From NCBI GenBank assembly GCA_022841645.1, contig JALHRC010000002.1, forward strand, positions 36,846 to 100,845: a stretch of DNA of 64,000 bases, written 5' to 3'. The DNA is from Minisyncoccota bacterium. GTDB taxonomy: Bacteria; Patescibacteriota; Minisyncoccia; Phycocordibacterales; UBA918. The notes beneath the pieces are model-generated. The model saw only the letters and a program-made list of their open reading frames with translations, was not told the DNA's origin and did no database searches. Of this stretch, positions 57,261-64,000 are shown piece by piece (positions within the stretch are counted from its first letter, which is position 1; every line of letters begins with the position of its first letter). A program made the position numbers and the translations under genes.

Positions 57261-59705
57261 ATGCATAAAAAGTTCGACGCGGGTGCCATTGAAAAAAAGT
57301 GGCAAGAAGAATGGTGTGCGAGTGGCACCTACGACGTCGATGAGCGCCGCGGTGAGAAAGAGAAGGAATATGTCTTAGTCGAGTGGCCCTACCCGTCGGG
57401 CAACCTTCATATCGGTCACTGGTACGCCTTCGCCGTACCGGACATCTATGTGCGCTACCGCCGCATGACCGGTAAGCAGGTGATCTACCCTATGGGATTT
57501 GATGCTTTTGGGCTGCCGGCCGAAAATGCCGCTATCAAGCGCAATATAAATCCTCGTACGTGGACCGAGAGCAACATCGAATTTATGAAGGGCCAGCTCG
57601 AGAGCATGGGTAATGCCTTTACCTGGAACAAAACAGCCAGCTCAACCGACCCTGAATACTATCGCTGGACGCAGTGGATGTTTACGCAATTTTTTGAAAA
57701 GGGGATCGCCTATCGTGGAAAAGGCGTGGTGAATTGGTGTCCCGGATGCAATACCGTTATCGCCAACGAACAGGTGCTCACTGACGGCACCTGTGAACGC
57801 TCTGGAGACCTGATTGAAAAACGAGAGATGCCACAATGGATGCTCCGGATCACCGACTACGCCGACCGTCTCATCGACGATCTCGATGCCCTCGATTGGC
57901 CCGAACATATCAAAGAGGCACAACGACAGTGGATTGGCAGAAGTCGCGGTGCTGAGATCGATTTTAAGTTAAAAATCGGAAAGGAGGAATTAAATAATGA
58001 GGTAGTCACCGTGTTTACCACCCGACCTGACACGCTCTGCGGAGCCACCTTTTTAGTACTGGCTCCCGAGCACCCACTGCTAAATGCAAATCATTTGCAT
58101 ATCGGAAACTGGGCTGAGGTAGAGGCCTACGTTGCTGCCTCTAAACAAAAAGATGAGCAGGATCGCCTCGACGCGACCAAGGAGAAGACAGGCGTAAAAC
58201 TTGAAGGGATTACCGCCATTAATCCTAGTAGTGGCGAGAAGATTCCCGTTTTTATCGCTGACTACGTACTAAGTACCTACGGAACAGGTGCCATTATGGC
58301 TGTTCCGGCACACGATGAGCGTGACTTTGTATTTGCTGGTAAATTTAACCTTCGTGAAATTGAAGTGGTAGAGCCCCAAGAAAAGTTGGGTGACGAATTA
58401 CATATTAGAGAAGGTAGACATAGAAAATGCTGGTCAGGACCAGGAATTTTAAAAAATTCTGGCGAATTTGATGGGATGGATTCTGAAGTCGCCAAGGAAG
58501 CGATCACGAAGAAGGTGGGTGGTCGGATGAGTAACACCTACCGTCTACGTGATTGGTCGATTGGCCGCCAACGCTACTGGGGCGTGCCGATTCCAATTGT
58601 GTATGACCCAGAAGGGAAGGCACATCCCGTACCCAAGGAGCATTTGCCATGGCTCCTTCCTGAAGATGTTGACTTCACTCCTACCGGTGAGGCGCCGCTC
58701 GCTAAAAGCGCGACACTAAGAGAGCGCACTGAAGAGATTTTTGGCGCGGGCTGGACCCCTGAAGTTGAGACCATGGACACGTTTGTTGATTCTTCATGGT
58801 ATTTCCTCCGCTACGTCGACAATCACGACGACACATCGCTTTCTAGTCTCACCGCGCAAAAGGACTGGCTACCAGTCGACATCTACTTTGGCGGTGCCGA
58901 GCACACCACTATGCACCTCCTGTACTCACGCTTTTGGCAGAAGGCACTCTTTGACCTTGGTCTTGCCGCCCACCCCGAACCATACAAGAAGCGCATCAAT
59001 CGCGGCCTCATCCTTGGCCCCGATGGAAATAAGATGAGCAAGAGTAAGGGCAATGTCATCGACCCAGATGAACAAGTAAAGCTCGTGGGTGCTGACACCG
59101 TGAAAATGTACCTGGCCTTTATGGGTCCCTACGAAGGCAACAATTACCCGTGGGATATGGGTGGCATTGCTGGGCTACGTCGCTTTCTTGAGCGCGTCTA
59201 TGGTCTTACTGAGAACATTGTGGGCGTTGAAAGTGAGGGAGTCACGCGGCAGCTCCATAAAACTATCAAAAAAGTTGGAGAGGATGTCGTACAGTTTAAA
59301 TTTAACACCGCAGTATCGGCGATGATGATTTTTGTAAACTATGCCGAAAAAGTGGGTCTCACGACGTCCACCCTCGACCTCTTCCTGCGGACCCTAGCAC
59401 CCTTTGCCCCGCACCTCACCGAAGAGCTGTGGCATGAGCGAGGGCATACAACTTCCATCCATGAGGAGTCATTCCCGGTCTATGACGAAGCGCTCGCCGT
59501 CGATACCGAAATCACGCTCGGAGTGCAGGTAAACGGCAAGCTGCGTGGGACTATTTCCGTCTCCCCTGACGCTAGTGAGGCCGAGGTGCTCAAGGCGGCG
59601 CTTGCTGAGACGTCCATCGCTGGCCGCATCGGAGCAGGGGGGCCGACCAAGGTTATTTACGTGCCCGGGAGGATTTTAAACCTCATCGCCCCTGAGGGGG
59701 GATAA
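57261..59705 (+). CDS. leuS: Leucine--tRNA ligase
   Basis: HIGH (HIGHWYAF) and KMSKS (KMSKSKGN) motifs. Editing-domain insertion. Bacterial LeuS length of 814 aa. Confidence 0.95.
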   Translation: MHKKFDAGAIEKKWQEEWCASGTYDVDERRGEKEKEYVLVEWPYPSGNLHIGHWYAFAVPDIYVRYRRMTGKQVIYPMGFDAFGLPAENAAIKRNINPRTWTESNIEFMKGQLESMGNAFTWNKTASSTDPEYYRWTQWMFTQFFEKGIAYRGKGVVNWCPGCNTVIANEQVLTDGTCERSGDLIEKREMPQWMLRITDYADRLIDDLDALDWPEHIKEAQRQWIGRSRGAEIDFKLKIGKEELNNEVVTVFTTRPDTLCGATFLVLAPEHPLLNANHLHIGNWAEVEAYVAASKQKDEQDRLDATKEKTGVKLEGITAINPSSGEKIPVFIADYVLSTYGTGAIMAVPAHDERDFVFAGKFNLREIEVVEPQEKLGDELHIREGRHRKCWSGPGILKNSGEFDGMDSEVAKEAITKKVGGRMSNTYRLRDWSIGRQRYWGVPIPIVYDPEGKAHPVPKEHLPWLLPEDVDFTPTGEAPLAKSATLRERTEEIFGAGWTPEVETMDTFVDSSWYFLRYVDNHDDTSLSSLTAQKDWLPVDIYFGGAEHTTMHLLYSRFWQKALFDLGLAAHPEPYKKRINRGLILGPDGNKMSKSKGNVIDPDEQVKLVGADTVKMYLAFMGPYEGNNYPWDMGGIAGLRRFLERVYGLTENIVGVESEGVTRQLHKTIKKVGEDVVQFKFNTAVSAMMIFVNYAEKVGLTTSTLDLFLRTLAPFAPHLTEELWHERGHTTSIHEESFPVYDEALAVDTEITLGVQVNGKLRGTISVSPDASEAEVLKAALAETSIAGRIGAGGPTKVIYVPGRILNLIAPEGG

Positions 59706-59782
59706 GGGTGTTGACCGTCGGAGAATGGTATGTTATAAATATTCGCGCATCATTTAAGGAATTAGAGATTATAACCATCAAT

Positions 59783-60808
59783 ATGATCACCTTTAAGCCA
59801 AAACAAGTCACCAAAGCACTGCTCTCAGTGCTGCCGGAACGTGCCCGCGATGTCCTTGAAAAGCGTTACGGCCTACGACCTGACGGCGAGGTGTATACCC
59901 TTGAGGCGATTGGCCAGTCCTACGGCATCACCCGCGAGCGCGTGCGCCAGATCGAGAACTACGGCATTGCGGCCGTGCAAAAGTCTGAGGAATACAAGAA
60001 AAATTATGACCTCTTTATTGAGCTACAAAAGCTCATTGATCAGTTGGGTGGGGGAGTGATCGCCGAGCACGTACTCCTCGATGAACTCTCAAACGACCCA
60101 ATTGTCCGTAACCACCTCTATTTCCTGCTCGTCGTGGGTGATCCGTTTTATCGTGGCAAAGAAACCCCTCACTACACCCACCGCTGGTTTACCGAGAAAA
60201 AGGTGGCTGAGGGCGTAGAGAAGGCGCTTATCGGCGTGCATCAGTCGCTCAAGCGCGATGAACTTGTCTCAGAAGCTGAAATTATTCAGCGCTTCCGCAC
60301 CGAGCTCGCTGGCATTGCCGAGCGCCACAACGAGGAGGTGCTCAAGCGCTGGCTTTCCATGAGCAAGCAAATTGGCCGCAACCCCCTTGGTGATTGGGGT
60401 CCAGCTGATAGCCCCAACATCCGTGTGAAGGGTATTCGTGATTACGCCTATCTTACGGTAAAACGCCACGGCTCTCCCATGCATTTCCGTGAAGTAGCTG
60501 AAGCAATTTCTGAACTGTTTGGTCACCAGGCCCACATCGCTACCACGCACAACGAACTTATCAAGGACTCGCGCTTTGTCCTCGTTGGCCGCGGTCTTTA
60601 TGCACTCACTGAGTGGGGCTACACCGCTGGTGTGGTGAAGGAGGTGCTGCGCGATATTCTGAAAACCGAAGGTCCACTCTCGCGCGAGGAACTCATCGAC
60701 AAGGTGAAAAAAGAGCGTTACGTGAAAGACAACACCATTATCGTAAACTTGCAGGATGTGAATTTGTTTAAGCGGCTGAGTAACGGGACCTACACGCTCG
60801 CTGACTAA
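59783..60808 (+). CDS. Hypothetical protein with an N-terminal sigma-70 region-4-like HTH domain and a ~270-aa uncharacterised C-terminal domain
   Basis: LPERARDVLEKRYGLRPDGEVYTLEAIGQSYGITRERVRQIENYGIAAV matches the sigma-70 region 4.2 pattern. An alternative GTG start at 59708 overlaps the leuS stop. An AT-rich promoter-like stretch precedes ATG 59783. Confidence 0.6.
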   Translation: MITFKPKQVTKALLSVLPERARDVLEKRYGLRPDGEVYTLEAIGQSYGITRERVRQIENYGIAAVQKSEEYKKNYDLFIELQKLIDQLGGGVIAEHVLLDELSNDPIVRNHLYFLLVVGDPFYRGKETPHYTHRWFTEKKVAEGVEKALIGVHQSLKRDELVSEAEIIQRFRTELAGIAERHNEEVLKRWLSMSKQIGRNPLGDWGPADSPNIRVKGIRDYAYLTVKRHGSPMHFREVAEAISELFGHQAHIATTHNELIKDSRFVLVGRGLYALTEWGYTAGVVKEVLRDILKTEGPLSREELIDKVKKERYVKDNTIIVNLQDVNLFKRLSNGTYTLAD

Positions 60809-60902
60809 CGATTTCCGCACAAAGAGCGCCCCATTCTACAGGGACGCGTACTCCCACTACACCCCGCCACACCCTGGCGGGGTGTAGTACAATACCCACA
60901 AC

Positions 60903-62231
60903 ATGAAGGCGTTTTTCGAAGTACTCTTCGACCAAGCAGCCGTTCCGGTGGGCTTAGCCGCCTCGGCGTTTGTGCTGTACTGGTTTTTTACCACCACCAA
61001 CGTTCCGATCGAGGGCGTCGTATCAATCGTTGTAGCCCTCTCACCCCTCTGGCTTCCCTACGTGCTTTTTCATCTAACATTTGAGACGTGGATAGACTAC
61101 GTGCGCCTCAAATGGATAGTGAAGACCGGACGCAGCACGCTGCGCATCAAGCTGCCGCCTGAAGTATTTAAATCACCCGAAGCCATGGAGAGCGTTATCC
61201 AAAACCTCCACAGCGGTGGGGCGGGGGAGAACCTGATGGAAACATTTATCGACGGGGTGCATGCCTACAACATCACCTTTGAGCTGGTTTCAATTGGTGG
61301 TGACGTGCGCTTTTACGTCAATTGCCCTACGAAGAAAGTGAAAAACTCTATCGAGGCGCTCCTCTACGGCCAGTATCCTGGTATCGAGGTAACCGAGGAA
61401 ACAATAGACTACACTGCCGAGATTACTTGGGACCCTGAACGTTATACCTACCTGTCCTTCCACATCAACAAGAAGGAAGATGAGATTTTGCCTATTAAAA
61501 CCTACATCGACTTCGGTCTCGACAAGCTACCAAAAGAAGAAGAGAAGTTTGAACCAATGACCGCCATGATCGAACAGCTGGCGCGTGTAAAACCACACCA
61601 GCGGCTGTGGGTGCAGATCGTCACGCGCGGCCACGGCAAGAAAAATATTCTTACCGGCCATTGGCACGAGTCAGGCACGTGGGTAAAAGCAATTGAAAAG
61701 AAAAAGGCTGAACTGCTCTTGCGTGATAAGCAAAGTAAGGTAGCGGACAGTGAGCTGCAGCCACGTCTTTCAAAGGGTGAGCAGGACACCATTGCCGCCA
61801 TGGAGCGGAATGGCAGCAAGTTCGCCTTCGAGACTGCCATCCGCATGTTTATGGTGGCTCCAAAAGAGCATTTTGATACCGACCTTGTGACGCCCATGCT
61901 GCGCTCTTTTAACCAATACGGCATGTTTGGCCGTAACGATATCGGCGTACGGTGGCGAGCCAACTTTGACTATAACTTTTTCTCTGATCCTTTCGGCAAA
62001 AAGCGAAATGCGTGGAAACGAAAGGAATTGCGCGACTACAAGCTCCGCGAGTACAACGTCCGCAATCACCCCAGTAAGTCTGATGCTCACAAGGTGTTTT
62101 CGGCTGAGGAATTGGCAACGATATTTCACATCCCTGGTACGGCCATTATTAGCCCCGGCATCTCACGAGTACAATCGACCCGCAAGGAGGCGCCGCCTAA
62201 TTTACCGACTGGTCTTGGTGTTCGCGTATGA
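60903..62231 (+). CDS. Hypothetical membrane-anchored protein (442 aa; two N-terminal TM helices plus a large soluble domain)
   Basis: ORF with N-terminal TMs (VPVGLAASAFVLYWFF; VVSIVVALSPLWLPYVLF). Overlaps the mltG start by 4 nt. Confidence 0.55.
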   Translation: MKAFFEVLFDQAAVPVGLAASAFVLYWFFTTTNVPIEGVVSIVVALSPLWLPYVLFHLTFETWIDYVRLKWIVKTGRSTLRIKLPPEVFKSPEAMESVIQNLHSGGAGENLMETFIDGVHAYNITFELVSIGGDVRFYVNCPTKKVKNSIEALLYGQYPGIEVTEETIDYTAEITWDPERYTYLSFHINKKEDEILPIKTYIDFGLDKLPKEEEKFEPMTAMIEQLARVKPHQRLWVQIVTRGHGKKNILTGHWHESGTWVKAIEKKKAELLLRDKQSKVADSELQPRLSKGEQDTIAAMERNGSKFAFETAIRMFMVAPKEHFDTDLVTPMLRSFNQYGMFGRNDIGVRWRANFDYNFFSDPFGKKRNAWKRKELRDYKLREYNVRNHPSKSDAHKVFSAEELATIFHIPGTAIISPGISRVQSTRKEAPPNLPTGLGVRV

Positions 62232-63247
62232 TTCCTGCCCCGGCACTACCAAACTATACTCCGACCGGCGCCCGCACCTCGCCGCTCCGGCGTTTTCTAT
62301 GGCGTAGTCTGTTTATTCTGCTCTTTCTTGGTATCGTGGGGGGTGCGCTTGGCGCCACCTTCTATCACCTCGCAGCGCCCCCAGATACCTTTCCCACGCA
62401 AACCGAACTCATCATTGAGGAGGGTCTCTCCACGACGAAGATCACCGAAAATCTTTATGAGGCTGGTTATATTCGTTCACCGTTTGTCCTCTATCTGATT
62501 TTGAGTTTTTTTCACGATCCACGAGACGTGAAGGCCAGTACCTATATTTTTAGCCAACCACTGTCGGCCTTTGCGCTGGCTGAGCGGCTTATGCTGGGGG
62601 ATTACGGTAACGACCTGGTACGTTTTGTCCACTACGAAGGTGAATCACGCATGAAGCTTGCTGCACGTGCCAGTGCAGTACTCCGCGGTTTTGATGAAGA
62701 GACGTTTCTGCGCCTTACTGAAGGACAGGAAGGAAAGCTGTTTCCTGATACCTACCTCTTGCCTAAAGTCTACTCGGCTGAAGCCTTAGCAGAGCTCCTG
62801 CGCGAAACCTACGAAGTGCGCATTTCACCACTACGCCCGGCTATTATCGACAGCCAACTTAATGAAGACGAGGTGGTTATTCTGGCTTCAATCTTGGAGC
62901 GCGAAGCCAATTCGGCCGAGACCAAGCGAATGGTAGCGGGGATTTTACTAAAGCGACTTGAAATCGGGATGCCCCTTCAGGTTGACGCCTCAATCGAGTA
63001 CGTGCTCGATAAACCACTAAATGAACTGACGGCCGCCGACCTCGATCGTGAGTCCCCTTACAACACGTACTTAAACGACGGACTACCGCCAACTCCGATC
63101 GGCAACCCCGGGCTCACCGCCATCCAAGCCGTACTCGAACCGACTCCTTCGCCGTACATTTTTTATCTCACCGGGAACGATGGTAATTTTTACTACGCTA
63201 CCACCAATCGTGAGCACGAGCGCAACATTGCCCTCTACTTGCGCTAG
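62228..63247 (+). CDS. mltG: Endolytic murein transglycosylase MltG (YceG-like)
   Basis: N-terminal TM. YceG core ASILEREANSAETKRMVAGILLKRLEIGMPLQVDASIEYV and SPYNTYLNDGLPPTPIGNPG. Confidence 0.85.
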   Translation: MIPAPALPNYTPTGARTSPLRRFLWRSLFILLFLGIVGGALGATFYHLAAPPDTFPTQTELIIEEGLSTTKITENLYEAGYIRSPFVLYLILSFFHDPRDVKASTYIFSQPLSAFALAERLMLGDYGNDLVRFVHYEGESRMKLAARASAVLRGFDEETFLRLTEGQEGKLFPDTYLLPKVYSAEALAELLRETYEVRISPLRPAIIDSQLNEDEVVILASILEREANSAETKRMVAGILLKRLEIGMPLQVDASIEYVLDKPLNELTAADLDRESPYNTYLNDGLPPTPIGNPGLTAIQAVLEPTPSPYIFYLTGNDGNFYYATTNREHERNIALYLR

Positions 63248-63296
63248 CTACTACTTTATTGCACAGCCTAGCAAAGCCTGGTAGGCTCATTTCACT

Positions 63297-64000
63297 ATGC
63301 GTATCTTTGTCGGACTATCAGGCGGTGTTGATTCGGCGGTGGCGGCCGCACGCCTTATCGAGGCCAGGCATGAGGTCGTGGGTGTGTTTATTAAGGTCTG
63401 GCATCCGGACTGGTTGGTGTGTAACTGGGAAGCCGAACGCCTCGATGCCATGCGAGTCGCTGCGTACCTACAGATACCGTTTTTGACCTGTAACGCCGAG
63501 GCTGCCTACCGTGACGAGGTGGCCAAATACTTCATCAGCGAATACGAAGCGGGGCGCACCCCCAATCCCGACGTGATGTGTAACCAGCACGTAAAATTTG
63601 GTGCCTTTCTTGATTTCGCCCGCGAACATGGCGCCAAAGCAATCGCCACCGGACACTACGCAAGGCGAGAGGACCAGGGCGGGGAAGTGGCGCTATTGCG
63701 CGGGGTTGACCCGAGCAAGGATCAAAGCTATTTCCTCTGGTCACTTAGTAAAGCGCAGCTTTCACAAGCACTTTTCCCGGTAGGCGATACGACCAAGACA
63801 GAGCTACGTAAGGAAGCTGCTCGCCGCGGCCTCCCCGTTGCCGAAAAACGGGATAGCCAAGGCATTTGCTTTCTTGGACACGTCGACATCAAAGATTTTC
63901 TTAGTCACTACATCACACTCACACCTGGAGACGTTCTGAATGAAGAGGGGAGTGTCATCGGCGTGCATGATGGTGCTGTCATCTACACCCTCGGCCAGCG
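63297..64000 (+). CDS. mnmA: tRNA-specific 2-thiouridylase MnmA (3'-partial; runs off the window end)
   Basis: PP-loop SGGVDS at the N-terminus (MRIFVGLSGGVDSAVAA). MnmA motifs NPDVMCNQHVKFGAFL and IATGHYAR. The frame is open to position 64000. Confidence 0.85.
   Translation, partial: MRIFVGLSGGVDSAVAAARLIEARHEVVGVFIKVWHPDWLVCNWEAERLDAMRVAAYLQIPFLTCNAEAAYRDEVAKYFISEYEAGRTPNPDVMCNQHVKFGAFLDFAREHGAKAIATGHYARREDQGGEVALLRGVDPSKDQSYFLWSLSKAQLSQALFPVGDTTKTELRKEAARRGLPVAEKRDSQGICFLGHVDIKDFLSHYITLTPGDVLNEEGSVIGVHDGAVIYTLGQ

Noticed and set aside
57077-57268. 63-aa ORF overlapping the leuS upstream region
   Set aside because: Lies across the 40-bp palindrome and promoter region and runs into the leuS start. 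No SD. Most likely non-coding leader or promoter DNA.

Overview
This 64 kb window is densely coded, about 55% G+C by eye, and most genes sit on the + strand. I take it to be from a bacterium with a reduced genome, possibly CPR/Patescibacteria-like. That is an inference from the short ATP-synthase delta and epsilon subunits, a UvrC with no HhH tail, two giant secreted proteins and many small membrane ORFs. The blocks I recognise are listed below.

- **Giant protein and surface locus (378-10967).** A 2049-aa secreted repeat protein is followed by paired surface-anchored proteins and two thiol-disulfide oxidoreductases (DsbA-like, TlpA-like).
- **Housekeeping run (11370-15722).** An AI-2E transporter, a CapA-like metallophosphatase, an FKBP peptidyl-prolyl isomerase and tRNA-guanine transglycosylase.
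- **Clustered nucleotide-excision repair (15738-26075).** uvrB, a membrane protein, a histidine kinase, uvrA, a small ORF and a short uvrC lie within about 10 kb, followed by Ddl.
- **Low-G+C islet (about 27830-31300).** It is framed by two tRNA-Ala genes (TGC on the - strand, GGC on the + strand) and holds a tRNA-3'-end remnant. It also carries a CsoR / membrane protein / Met-rich DUF305 copper module whose operator palindrome overlaps the promoter.
- **F1Fo ATP synthase operon (32073-40333).** It is interrupted three times. A MazG-like gene sits between c and b. Three small AT-rich membrane ORFs, each followed by a conserved 46-nt two-hairpin repeat, sit between gamma and beta. A Rossmann-like gene sits between beta and epsilon.
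- **Distal block (40425-64000).** A ClpP-like protease, a HAD hydrolase, an RND pump with a long adaptor, an NAD(P)H quinone-reductase-like protein, a high-G+C pair of coupled lipoproteins, SppA, YchF, a 1666-aa secreted cell-wall-binding giant protein (- strand), LeuS, a sigma-70 region-4 protein, MltG and the start of MnmA.

Several strong rho-independent terminators are present. Three perfect palindromes of 20-40 bp share a CATATATG core.

I found no rRNA, CRISPR array, transposase or integrase. Every product assignment is motif recognition by eye; no database search was run.
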